Assembly: GCA_023205875.1 (NCBI GenBank)
Contig: CP060759.1
Location: 372,001-436,000, forward strand
DNA: 64,000 nucleotides
Direction of reading: 5' to 3'
DNA from: Chloropicon primus
Taxonomy: Eukaryota
The position numbers were made by a program, and so were the translations under genes. The notes below the pieces were generated by a model. The model was not told the origin of the DNA. It did not search any database and saw only the letters and a program-made list of their open reading frames with translations. Numbering within the stretch: the first letter of the stretch is position 1; every line of letters begins with the position of its first letter. This document shows, in pieces, positions 11,951 to 24,116 of the stretch.

Positions 11951-13494
11951 TCAACCTTCGTTCTCCTCGTCCGTGGTCCAGTCGTCCTCGTTCTGGGCGT
12001 TGTCCCGGTTCTCCCCGCCCTCCCGGTTCCCCTGCCCCTCCCCCGCGGAGGCTCCCTCGGTGCTGCTCTTGAGCACCTCGGCCTCCCAGAGCAAGATGTT
12101 ACCGTCCAAGCTCGAGGTGTAGACCTCCCCGTAAAACTGGTTGTAGACGCATCCGGTCACCAGGTCGTAGTGCCCGTTCATCTTCCTGTACCTCTTGCCG
12201 GTGTTGGCGTCCAAGTCAAAGATGGAGGTCTTGTGGGGGACGAAGATGTGGTTGCCGCCGTCGAGCGCGGCAGAGTTCAACGACTTGAGGCCAGCCGTGG
12301 GAAGCTCGAAGTGCACGAGGGTGTTCTTCCCGGAGCTGAGGTCCCACTTGCGCATCTCGCTCATCCTATGCGCCGCGCTGTACAAGAACAGGCCGTCCGG
12401 AGACGTCAGCAAGAGCCTGACGGAAGAGTTGTGGGCGGTCGCCGTGTCGTTTCGCTTGGACTCTGCGATTTTCTTCACGAGCTTCTTGCTGTTGACCCAG
12501 TCCTGCAAGTTTCTGTTGAACTTGTTGTACAGGACGTCCTCCACGTGCGGGGTCCTGCCCGATTTCTCTCGTAGGTGTTCCACGTCTGGCAGGGGGGTGA
12601 GGCCCTCCGAGTAGCTCTTCGTGTTGTACTGGTCGAGCGCCAGCAGGGCGTTCGCCTTCCTGACGTCCCACAGCCTGATTTGCCCGCAAGACCCGCCGGA
12701 AATGAGCATCCACTCCGAGCTGGAGGACCACGTGAGGGAAGTGACCTCCTTCCCGAGGTGCCCCGCAAAGTTCAGCGTGATGCAGTTGCTCCTCGGGTCC
12801 CACACCCGGATCACGGGGTTCCTCGCGGCGATCGCGATGAGGCAGTGGCCCGACGCCGTCCTGGGCATGGCCACGCAGTTGATCTCAAAATCCTGCCTGC
12901 TCGAACACACGGTCGCCAGCTCGTTCGCGTCGGTCAGCCTCACCGACTTGTCCTTCGCCGCCGAAAGGAACAGTCCCGTGTCGACGGGGTACCACTGCAG
13001 GCTCGTGACGCTGCCCCGGTGCCCCGCGTGCCTCGGCTCTCTCTGCGCCTCCGCTGCCACCCTCGGAGGGCACGGTGGGACCCGAAACAAGTGCTTGTGC
13101 TCGTGCTGGGGCCCGCTCCCCCAACTGCAGTAGTGGGAAACCACGTCAAAGGCGCACAGCGTCCCGTCCGTCCCTCCGGCCAAGAGGTATCTGCCCTCCA
13201 CGGGGTCGAGGTCCATGACCGAGCACCCGTTCCCCGAGAAGGCATCCTCGCAGAGGAAGATCCGCGAAGAGGAGAGCTGCAGAGAACGATTCCTCTCGCT
13301 CTGCACAAGCCACACGAGGCAGCAGCAACAGCAACAACAACAACAACAGTACCATCATCAACATCATCATCAAGCGGAAGGGTCAGCAGGTTGTTTCTCC
13401 TCCCTCTCTTTCTCTTTCGACTTACCTCGACCTCGTGGGCAATCCTCCTCCCTCCTCGGTAGGACGTCTCTCTCTCCCTCAGTCTGGAAAGCAT
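11951..13494 (-). CDS. ERCC8: DNA excision repair WD40 protein CSA/ERCC8 (intron 13425-13301)
   Basis: LDPVEGRYLLAGGTDG, WYPVDTGLFLS and LWDVRKA motifs; exon 1 MLSRLRERE... ends at a GTAAGT donor. Confidence 0.88.
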
Positions 13495-14009
13495 GTCGCG
13501 TCACAACATGCCAACACAACTCCTCATCCTCATCCTCATCCTCATCCTCAACAACCAAATCATATGAATGGTTACCCTCTCTCTTCTCCTCTCCTCTGCG
13601 CTTCGACAAGCGTCCAGTCCACACAAAGAAAGAGAGAGAGAGAGAGAAAGGAGCGAGGCAATGCGAAGGCGAAGGGGACTGGGAGTGAAAGGGCACGACC
13701 TCGTCCTCCTCGTCCTCCTCGGGTTCCCTTCCTCTCCAGTTCGTCTATTCTCTCCTCCTTCTCGGATGGAATGGAAAGGGAATGAATCAAGTGTTCATCG
13801 ACTCCTTCGCTGTGGCTCAAGTGAGAGAGGAAAGGAAATCTGCGTTGGCGCTGGAGGCGGAGAGGCGGGATGCAGCGGTAGGTGTGTGTCTCGGTTGACG
13901 TCCAACCAAGGAACGTGGAGGTTTTGGAAGGCGTTGGTCGCATCACCTGATCGACAGAGTTCCAGACAACGTTTTCATATTTTATATTCTGGTGGGGAAC
14001 ACGGGCGTC

Positions 14010-15484
14010 ATGTCTTCCAGGGACGAGGAGGGTTTGGAAACCGTGAGCCTTGGCACGACGGGGATGATCGATAGGTCCTTCACGGACGTGGTGAGCGACC
14101 TCGAGGCGCACAGGGCGAGGGAGCTTTCTCTGACGCTGCAGAACGATAGGCTGAGGTCCATCGTCAGGCAGACCTCGTTCGAGAGTCCGATATCACCGAG
14201 GCAGAACGCCATCTGCAGCGTGCGAATACTGAGCGTCGACAACAACGTGGTTCAGGTAAGTGAGGGATTCGTGTTTGTCTGTCTGTGTGTGTGTGTGTGT
14301 GTATGTGTGTCTCTGTGTGTGTGTGTGTGTGTGGCCTTGTCACCCCTCGGGTGCGGGCTTGCTCTTGCCTTTCTTTTCCCCCCCGCGCGTTACGTTCGAC
14401 TGACCTTGGTGCGTTTGCCTTGCTCGTCGCGCGACAGGGGTTTCCGAGGGAAGGCAAGCTCGTGTTCGGCGTCCACCTGCTTACCATACTGCCCATACAG
14501 ATGTCGTTCTCCGTTGCGGAGTATGTCGGGTACAGGGTGATGGAGGAGAACGAGGTGGGGGTGCCGCAGGAGACGTCCGTGTGGGAGAAGGGCCGAGCGT
14601 TCTTCGACAATCTCTTTGGCATCCCGGAGCACCCCAGCAGCTCGTCAGCGAACGGCCACGCCCCCCACAAAAATATTGCTTGGGAGATGCTGTGGAAGAA
14701 GAGCGTGGGCACTGGAAGCTTGTGCAGGGTGACGCTGTCCTCGTCCTTCGAGTCGTTCACGAGCTTTCGCAACCTCGTGAAGGAGTGGGCCCTGGCCCCT
14801 TCGGTCGCCGAGGCCACCACCTCGACTTCTTCCCTGGAGCCCGCCGCGTCCCCAGAGGAGGCGTCCCCGTCCCCGTCCACGCCTCGGGTCGACTCCAAGG
14901 ACAGAGTGAGAAACTCCTTTCAGAGGAAGTTGAGCACCAAGGTGGTCTCCGAGTCGTGCTTGCTGCTTCCCCAGCACATCGACTTCTTGATCGAATCCGT
15001 GCCGGATAGGTACAAGCAGCACAAGTGGGACCTGCTCTACTCGACGGCAAGGGATGGAATTTCTTTGCAGACGCTTTACAGGCGCGTGGCCAAGACTTCT
15101 CCGACCATCTTGGTGGTGAAGGACATGCAGAGCCACGTGTTCGGAGTCTTCGCGCCAGATCCTTGGAAGGTGCACCACAAGTTCTACGGCACCGGCGAGA
15201 CGTTTGTCTTCAAGCTGGAGCCAGAGGCAGAGGCGGCCGCGTACCACTGGGACCAGAAGGAGCACTCAAAGGAAGAGAGGAACAACTTTTTCATGTTTAG
15301 CACGGACGACTGCATTGCTGTGGGCGGGGGAGGCCACTTCGCGCTCTGGCTCGACGAGGATCTGCTGTACGGGAACTCTTGCAAGAGCAAGACCTTCAAC
15401 AACGACTGTTTGTCTTCTTCGGAGGTCTTTCAGGTTCTGAACATCGAGGTTTGGCGCCTCAGCGAGGGGAGCGGGAGGTTCTAG
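14010..15484 (+). CDS. TLDc-domain (OXR1/NCOA7-like) protein (intron 14256-14437)
   Basis: WDLLYSTARDGISLQTLY, FYGTGETFVF, GGGGHFALWLDEDL, IEVW are TLDc motifs. Confidence 0.88.
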
Positions 15485-16088
15485 CGCTGGCCTCCCCCTA
15501 TGCCCGCTTCCCGGAAGGACAAGGGCGCACTGCATAACTAGATAATAAAAGACCTTCTTGTCCTTTGTAACAATAGGCAGTTTCATTTATGGAAGCAAAA
15601 CTCACAATAGCATCTATCCCTCCGGCCGAGGTCCGAGCTCATCCTGGCCTCATCAGCGTTGGCCATCCTCACCAGTCGTCTCTCTGGTGCTTCTCCTGTG
15701 ACTCTGTCTCGTGAGACGCCTCATCGTCGAATGCAGCACCACACACCACACTGCGCTCTGCTCGTTGGGTTCCCTCCTCTTCCTCTTCACCAACCGAGCT
15801 ATCAACTGACAAACCTTGGGTTCCTCATTGTCCTTTCAAAGGGATGAGCGAAAAGGTCCCCTCCTTTTGTCAAATCCTCCACCCGAGGTATAAATCGAAA
15901 GCCCGAGAGATGCTCTTTCGTTTGTTTAACACCTCCTCCCCTTCCCCTTGACCGTCCTTGCACAAGATCCTCGACAAACCCCACCTTTTGACTCCACCTT
16001 TCCATTCCTCTGGCCCTGTCAAAAATCTTGAAAGAGGCTGAAGAGGAGGAAGGGAAGGACCAGCAGCATCGGTCGGTGGTTGGCGACG

Positions 16089-17210
16089 ATGGCGAACCGC
16101 ACGGATCCTCTCGCGAGCATCGTCCATGGAACGAACCCTCAGGTACGCCCCCTCTTCCTTGTCCTCTCCGCCGCGAACAACGCAACCTCGTCACTGACTC
16201 TCTCTCTCTCTCTGGTTTGGTTTGGTTTGCTCTTGCTCTTCTTCACTGACGGACACCACGATTGCATGCCACAGAACTTGATCGAGAACATCGTGAGGCA
16301 GAGGATCTATGAGCAGTTATACTGGAAGGAGGATTGCTTTGCCCTGACGGCGGAGACTTTGCTGGAAAAGGCCGTGGAGCTGAGGTGCGTCGGGGGAACG
16401 CACGGTGGACAGAGGCAGGCCACGAATTTCCTTTGCCTTGTGTTGAAGCTTCTGCAGCTGCAACCGGAGAAGGAGATCATTTACGAATACATCGCCAACG
16501 AGGACTTCAAGTACGTCCGAGTCCTTGGTGCGTTCTACCTTCGGCTGGTGGGAAGCCCGAAGGAGATCTACGAGTACCTCGAGCCCCTTTACCACGACTT
16601 CCGGAAGGTCAGGAAAGTGAACTTGGATGGGACTTTTTGTGCCGTCCACATCGACGAGACTGTTCAGGAGATGCTCACGGGGAGCTTCATGTTTGACACG
16701 AGTCTCCCCAGGATCCCGTACAGGCACACACTGGTGTCTGTTGGACGGCTCAAGCCGAGGGTGAGCGCCATGGCTAAAGACTTTGAGGCAGTGAGGAAGG
16801 AGCTGGAGGAGAAGAAGGCGAGGCTCTTGGAGGAGGAAGTGAGGAGGAGGGAGGAGAACCTGGAGATTGAGAAGAGGGAGGCCGCGGAGAGGATCGCGCA
16901 CACTTATCGAGACAGGCACAGCGGAAGCATGAGAAGAAGAAATGACTTCGGGGAAGACAGGCGCCACGGCGGCTTCGGGGACGGCGAAGCGAGAGCGAGA
17001 GCGAGGGAAGGAAAGAGGCAGAGGTCCAGGCGGAGTCCGTCTCCTGGCGTCCGGGAAGGCAGGGGGCCCAAGTCGACGAGGAGGGACCGGGAGAAGACCT
17101 CAAATTCTGAACGCGAGGCGGGGACGGGGGATATGAGGAAGGAAGATCTCAGCATCCAGGAGACAAACGCGTTGAGGGCTAAGCTTGGGCTGAAGCCCCT
17201 GAAGATGTAA
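16089..17210 (+). CDS. PRP38: Pre-mRNA splicing factor Prp38A (intron 16143-16274)
   Basis: MANRTDPLASIVHGTNPQ/NLIENIVRQRIY, YWKEDCFAL, FKYVRVLGAFYLRL; C-terminal ETNALRAKLGLKPL. Confidence 0.93.
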   Translation: MANRTDPLASIVHGTNPQVRPLFLVLSAANNATSSLTLSLSLVWFGLLLLFFTDGHHDCMPQNLIENIVRQRIYEQLYWKEDCFALTAETLLEKAVELRCVGGTHGGQRQATNFLCLVLKLLQLQPEKEIIYEYIANEDFKYVRVLGAFYLRLVGSPKEIYEYLEPLYHDFRKVRKVNLDGTFCAVHIDETVQEMLTGSFMFDTSLPRIPYRHTLVSVGRLKPRVSAMAKDFEAVRKELEEKKARLLEEEVRRREENLEIEKREAAERIAHTYRDRHSGSMRRRNDFGEDRRHGGFGDGEARARAREGKRQRSRRSPSPGVREGRGPKSTRRDREKTSNSEREAGTGDMRKEDLSIQETNALRAKLGLKPLKM

Positions 17211-17312
17211 AGCAAGGGATTCGTTTTTATTGCTATGTTTACAGTTGTATATTATCGGGCTAGACCGTGTGCATGGATGGAAATGTCCCCGAAGTCTAAC
17301 GCACTTTCCTGC

Positions 17313-17803
17313 TTATCTCGGTTGCTGCTGCTGCATTCCACCAAGCATCTACAAGAAAAAGAGAAAAGGGGTGCTGTGAGTAAGAGAAGACAAACCGTCG
17401 CCGCGAGGAATCGATTCGATGGGGTGCTGTGCTTACCTGCCCGACAATGCCCGTAACCTGCCAGTACTTTGCTGCGCACCTGTCGACGCAGCTGTTCTCT
17501 CCCACGTTAAGATCTCCCTCCTTGTATCTGGTGTCCATGCACTTTGCGAAGCACGAAGCCGTCATACTACGTCCAAGCGTTTGCGTTGCAGCGAGTTCAA
17601 AGGAGCAAGAACAAAAGGAGAAGCGCGCCGCGTCAGCGCCTGCCGTTCGGGGCTCGGGAACAAGACGCCTACCGCAGAGGCTGCCAGGGAGGAGGCCAAA
17701 GAGGGACTTACGCATTGTAGAGATCGACGCGATACTCCATCTCGAGCTGGGCCATATCGAAGGCCTTCGCCTTCTCGGCGGGAGACATGTTGGGGTTGCT
17801 CAT
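17313..17803 (-). CDS. TIM10: Mitochondrial small Tim chaperone Tim10 (exons 17803-17712, 17566-17437, 17348-17313)
   Basis: EMEYRVDLYNAMTASCFAKCMDTRYKEGDLNVGENSCVDRCAAKYWQVTGIVGQML with twin CX3C motif. Confidence 0.92.
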
Positions 17804-17949
17804 CGCTTCTTGTGCACTTCTTCCACGTAGCACCGTAAGACCTTGGGCTTCAAACGAACGCGCAGGCCGTCACTCGAGAACTGGCTGGATCCCCTGGCTG
17901 CGCAAGGAAATGTTGAGTTGAGTGGGGGAAATGTTGAAAGAGAGAGAGA

Positions 17950-20280
17950 GGCCAACCCAACCAATGAGGGAGGAGGTGATCGCTTGACGACGCAGAAATG
18001 ATTGCAGTTTCAGTTTCAGTTACAACTTCAGTGTAGCGAATGACTCGTAAATCCGCGAGCTCTTACAGGAATCAGATATTCCTCGCAGTGAAGAGAGCTT
18101 TGCGCAAAGAAACTTGGATTAATACTGCGACCAAACAGTCTTGACGCCGGTGCGAGCAGAGATGAAAACCTACCGTAAGAGCTTGAGACGAACATCGCAA
18201 TCTCATAAGTGCCCCGTAAAGAGCACGAGGAAAGATATTTCCAAACGCCCAATCCCATCGTGCGTCCGTTTCAAAACAACACGTGATGTTTCTTTGGATG
18301 GATATCCCTCACCTTACTCAAGGGGCGAGTACTCAGGTCAGCCTTGCAAAGCAATCGATTGCAGGCGATCGATTGCAGGCGCCTTCTTCAGAAACGAGTT
18401 TAGGTTTTAGGAAGGGAGAGAGATGAAGCGGATAAAACAAGCAAGTCATGCTTGCAATACAATGGGATAGGGAAAAATGACTGCTCTCCCCAAAACAATT
18501 TATCAATATTCCACGTTCCATTCTTTCGCGATTACAGTCACTAGAAGCTTTCTGCCAGGCCTCCCTTAAAAATGATACTTTATTATGCTGTACCATCGCT
18601 AATAAGTACTTTAGCATTTTTCTTGAATCAACTTTAAAAAAGCAGCGCGTAATTTCTCAAGTGTTTTGTCTTGCTTTATGTATACAAGTAGTGATGTACG
18701 TTTAAAAGGGGCGTGTATTGGTAAGCTGCTTGTTTTGAAAAAGACATAAAATATGAATTGCCCACAACCATAATGTTTTCTTTTAACAGAGCTCTCATAA
18801 ATATATCAATCATTTTCGTGATGTTGCCCACTCAACTGCAGAAAGATTGCCTGATCTCATGTCTTATTGAGTTTGCCAACACGTATTTACATGGTTCTCT
18901 TCTGATGCTATCGATCAATCAAACATGTTTGAATTGTGAAAACATATTCCAAGTCGATAATTTCTCTGTCAAGCTATCTTGATCATTTTGGTTTACGCCA
19001 TCAAAGTCATTAAAGCGACAAACATATTTTGCAAACTGACAAGGTATACTATTCCTCTCCAATATGTTTACGTGAAGAAGAATATATGATGTGTGTTATC
19101 ATGTTCATCCCATGACCAGATAAAAGCCTTCCTTAAAGTTATATATATATATTTATTTATGATGTTTTTTTTCCTTTCAGTGGTCAGTTTAATACTTCAT
19201 TATGAGCAGGTGATTGCTTCTCAAACCGTTTTAGCTCTTTCGGATTCAAAAAAATCCAGAACCTGAAAGTAATGCCCGCTTCAATTGATTGTTGAGCCGA
19301 TCAAAATCACTAACAATTGTCGCTATCAATATATCACCGTTTATTGTGATTTAGGCACGAAAACATCGATATGTTACAAACCACTACAAAACATTCTTTA
19401 TATTTTGCACTTGAAACTAATATATATAACAGCACAACCATTCGATGTTAATATCATTCAGAAATAAATATAATTCCAAAACCAGATGGATTATGGGATA
19501 TTATAGGCGTGCTTCCACACCATGTCCCTGGTTTGGGGACTGTGCTTAACACGCGTTTAATGTAGACCATAAGTAACCCAAATAACTTAATTTTCAGTTA
19601 CTTTGTACGGAATGTCAATAAAATGGAAGCTCTTTTGCTACTTCTGTTTCAAGATTATTCCGGTTCTTTGTGGGGAGAGCGAATGTCCCTTGTGCTACGA
19701 TATATCGCATTGCCGTGACCTGTTGCGTCACAAGAAGTACTTTTGCTTACCATTTTAGCCTCTCTGCATCACAACTAGCTATCAGGAACTGAAATCAATC
19801 GTAATACCCATACATATTTGCTGTGCAATTTTCTCCTTTCCCCATTTGCTTTCTCGCCATTTCCCTTTCACGTAAGACTTTCTCTGCTCTGTGAGGGTGC
19901 GGGCACCCTTGGAATGAAAAACAGTTTAATGGAAAGTTAGCAAAGAGCTAGGGAACGAAGGGTGAGTTAGCGCACTTTGTGCATAGGGGAATATGAATAC
20001 GAATCAAGTAATATTTTCTAGGGAAAGTTTCTCTGTGGCTTACGGACTTTATCGTCTCGTCTCGGGTATAAAGATACCCCCACTGGTCCCTTTTCCCACT
20101 GCTACAATGTCTCAGTCTCAGTCTTTCTGCTCCTCCAGACAATGATAGGTTGGGTTGTTCAAATCAAACACGCTCCTTAAGAGTCCTAGGTTGGCCCCAG
20201 TCCTGGAGCTCGAACTTCGCGAGGTTGACCGAGCTGCATCTCCAAGAAGCTGCAACAAATTTTGATAAAGTTACAAATTA
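17950..20280. other. AT-rich island with no recognisable long ORF
   Basis: Visibly much lower GC than flanks (e.g. atatatatatatttatttat at ~19141); only short ORFs in the six-frame track. Confidence 0.8.
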
Positions 20281-20298
20281 TATATGCTTTCGATCAAA

Positions 20299-23200
20299 TT
20301 ATATGCTTTTGATCACTCGCCTTCCCCATTCCCCGGTTTGGTGATTCAGCTTGAGCTCCCAGGTTGGCCAGAATCTCAGGTCGAGCCTCAGGGTGATCAC
20401 TTTAGGTTTGTTGTCCAAGTGACAAAGCTTGACGCGCACAAACGACTGGTGCTGGAGATATTCCGTCTCCTTCAGGAAGGTATCCAGATCGGGCGTAGGC
20501 TTGCCATTGACCTCAAGAATCCAGTGGAGGGCGTACATTCCGTATCTGTGTGAGGGCGAGCCATGGTGCCAACGTGAAATGTAGACGCCGTGATTCTGGG
20601 GAAGGAAGCCCCTTTCCTTCACTGCCCTGTAAGAGTCCTGAATTTGCGCGCCTGCCCAGTGCAAAAGCCTGTCAGTCCCCAAGCCATCGACCACCTCGAG
20701 CTTGAAGGACACGTCCTGGATTTTGCTATCTTTGAATACCGTGAGCTTCATGTCATCCACTTCCTTGAGTTCTGAGAATGAGAGCTGGTCGCACTTGCTG
20801 CAGTGGTTATCGATAATGCCACCAATGTCGTAGAAAGAGGACAGCAGCTTGTCGTTCACAGCAAGAATCATGTCGCCCTCGTTCAAAATGGCCTTGGCGT
20901 TGCTGTCGGTCACACAACTCTTGACCCTGAGGACCTGCTTCCTCTCCTTGTCGTATTCTGCAAGCTTCTGTATCCACTCTCTGGACAGTCCATAATTCGC
21001 TGCTTTCGAGAGAAGCAGAGCATTGAATTCCACGTTCATAACGGGCACCGGCACCGACTTTCTGTGGGCGTGGCTCGACTGGAAGTTCTTGAGGTAACTC
21101 ACAGTCTTGTCGATCCAGCTGGAGAAGGTGTAAGAGTGTATTCCCGCGCAGAATTCTCTTTCCTCCCCGCCGACTTGCCTTGAGAAAGATGCCCACAAGG
21201 CCCTGACGGAGGCATTCTCATCGATCAGCACACCGGAGAAAGAGGTACCAAAATCTTGATCCAGTTCGATCACCTCCTCATTCACGGCGTGAAAACGAGG
21301 TATTTCTGCCGTGACAATGTTCAACGCTGCCGTAGCATTTGTGACGGAAGCATCGCGGGCCGTAGACCTCAGTGCTCCGGAAAGACCCACAAGCACCACC
21401 TTATCTCCCCTGCTGAGGGGTGGATCTGATAATATTGTACAGGGTTTCACAACCTTGAGCGCATCTGAGTTCAGGTCTCTGGGGTCGTAAGACACCAAGG
21501 CAAAGTTGTGGAGCGGGTGCAAGAACCTCACAGTCCCGTGCAGCTCGGCCGGGTACGCGCAAAAAGAGAGCCTGATATCACAGGGGCCAATCGCCACGGT
21601 GTTCCTGTCAACGAGCACCAGACCAAACTTATCGTCTTGGTACACGAGAACGCCATTGCCAGTGAAACTCTTGGAGTGCACACCGTCCGCCAGAGCGACC
21701 TCTGGGACCTCTACATCGACGAGAAGAAGGCTTCTAGATATGCTTTCCTTGGGATCCTCCACGCTTTCCTTCCCACTGAGGCCATTTGCCAGCCCAGTGG
21801 TGTCACAGCTTTCTGGGACTTCTGACATCTTGCACTTTTTGCTCTTGTGCGTGGCCTCCAACTCGAGCTCCTTCTTCGATTCCTCTTCATCGAAGGGGTA
21901 GACCTTGATTTGGTGCCAGCTACCCGCGGAGTCGTCCCTTGACCACACCGTCGGCGCTCCGTACCACTTCCTGTCCACGTAAATGAGGCTCTGCCGTTTC
22001 CTGAACCTGTCAGAAAACACTCGGTACTGGACAGGGACTTGCTCCCCCTTTGGAATTGTCGCCAGAACCGTTGCCAGGGTCTCGACATCCGGGGTTGGCC
22101 TTCCTTTGACAGAAAGTATCACAGAGTGCTTGGAGATCCCCGCCCTCGAGAGCATGTACCCAGGGTCTGCGACGTAGACCTGGCCCGTCGGCGTAGAAAA
22201 GTTCCTGGCCTGCTGATAACTGAGGGCGTGGATGCTCCCTCCGGAGAGCTCCAGGAAGCAAGCAGGCGTCACCCGGTGCAAGCTCTCAACCCTTATCTTG
22301 TACGTCAGCATCTGGCTGCCCCTGACAACACTGACGCTAACTTCCTCATCGACGTTGCTATCCAGCTTATCCTCCAAGTCTATGAAATGGGTCACGGTTT
22401 CCCCGTTGATCTCGACAAGAACGTCCCCGGGCTCCAGCTTCCCGTCCGACGGTCCTTTCGGAACCCTGCTGTCCACGACTAGCATTCCCACTGTCTCCGT
22501 TTTCTGCCTTTTGTGGCTCCTCACCAGGGCCTCCGTGTCAGGCTTCACTCCAAGCCTCTTCACCTCATCGAAGCCTTTGAAGATGAACGTCGCTTGCAGG
22601 TCGCCTCGAGGGATGTTGGGGGCTCTCCACGTGCGGGCGTTGTTCTCTCCAACCGAGAAGCACGCCTTGCACATGTTCAGCGCCCTGACCACGCGGTCCA
22701 GGGGCAAAAAGAAGGCCGAAGCCGTCTTGGTCTTCGACCCGGCGTTCAGGCCTATCGCTCTGCCCTGCACGTCTATCACGGGCGACCCCGACGACCCTCC
22801 CTTGGTGCCCGAAGCAGCTTGGAGGTAAAAAGTATTGAAGTCGTTGTACCCTCTGCTGGAGTACGTCGGTGCGTCCCTGTCAAGCCTCGCGAGGGTTCCC
22901 GCCAGTATGGATATCTGCAAAGAGCAAGCACGCACGCAAGGTTTAGAGTGGAAGCGTTAGAGAGCGAGCGTTGCCAAGGTTGAGAACGAACACCACGACG
23001 ATAAACCTGTGTCACACGTTTCGTGTCCCGCGCGCGTGCGTGCAATGATTTCGCGGATTTTACCTTCTCTCCACTGTCGTTGCCCACGACTCGGATCTCT
23101 ATCCCGACCTGAGCCGCCTGAGGAGCCAAGGGAACCTCTCCGACCTCCATGAACCGGAGCAACCGAGGGTCGAAGCGCATGAACCCAAAGTCATGTATGG

Positions 23201-23483
23201 GGTCTCTGTACAAGGGGTAAACGGGAAGCTCCTCGCGATTGAGGAATACGGCCTCCGCTGTGATCGGTCCGGGCTTGACAACGTGCCTATTCGTCAGGAT
23301 GAGTCCTCTCTCTTTGTCTACAATGAACCCAGTTGCGAAGCTCGAGCCCGCAGATTCCGTGTCAAACGACCTCGCTGACGTCACCTTGAGGACAACCACG
23401 CAAGGCACCACCTTCTTCAAGGTCCTCTGCCAGTTGTGATCGCTCCCTTCCTCCATCCTCGACCCCTCCTCCGTCGTTCCCAT
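20299..23483 (-). CDS. DEG7: HtrA/Deg-family serine protease DEG7 (Nma111-like); intron 23063-22915
   Basis: ILTNRHVV, RDPIHDFG, GNDSGEK/ISILAGTLARLDR, GGSSGSP catalytic motifs; duplicated protease-PDZ architecture. Confidence 0.93.
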
Positions 23484-24116
23484 CTGCCTCGTCCGCGATC
23501 GCAATCGATCGTGACTGACCTCGGTTAGGTCATCTCTCTCTTCTTCCCCTCCCTCGCGATCGATCGTGCTGGTGATCAAAACTGAAGGATCCGATCGCGA
23601 TCGAAGGCGAAGGCGAGGCGTTGGGGGAGTGGCAGCGGTCGAGGGCGGGGGACTTTGGGGAGGTGAGGGTGGCCAGCGGAAGCGGCGTGTTCTTGGCTTC
23701 GCTTTGACACCGCGTTTGAAGGATTTGGCCAAGTGTGGAGGATTTGGCGAGCGGAAGAAAACGCAAGAGAGGGGGAGGCGGGAGATCCGAGGGAGAAGGC
23801 AAGGCGGCGGGCGCGGAGGAGGGAGAGGGAGGGGGGGAAGGGAGGCCGGCGGACAGACGGAATATTCACCCCTCGGTCTTTCGTTTGACGCCCTTGGTCT
23901 AGCGAAGCATCCCTTTGAGGAGGGTTGGGCGAACGAGAGAGTAGGTGATCGAGGGAGGCTCCCTGGAAGAGAAGGGGAGCGAGCGAGGGAGGGGGGCGAC
24001 GGCGGGACCGAGGGGAGGAACTGCCCTTGCCTTTCCATTGGCACGGACTGCAAACGGGGTGTAGCTGCGAGGCTGGCGCTGCGTTTGTGCAATAGAAACG
24101 AAGGTTCGTGTCCGTG

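Noticed and set aside
13805..13880. tRNA (A-box-like TGGCTCAAGTG)
   Set aside because: No T-arm GTTC motif and no cloverleaf.
15610..15670. Hammerhead core CTGATGA on the minus strand
   Set aside because: No matching GAAA and stem III.
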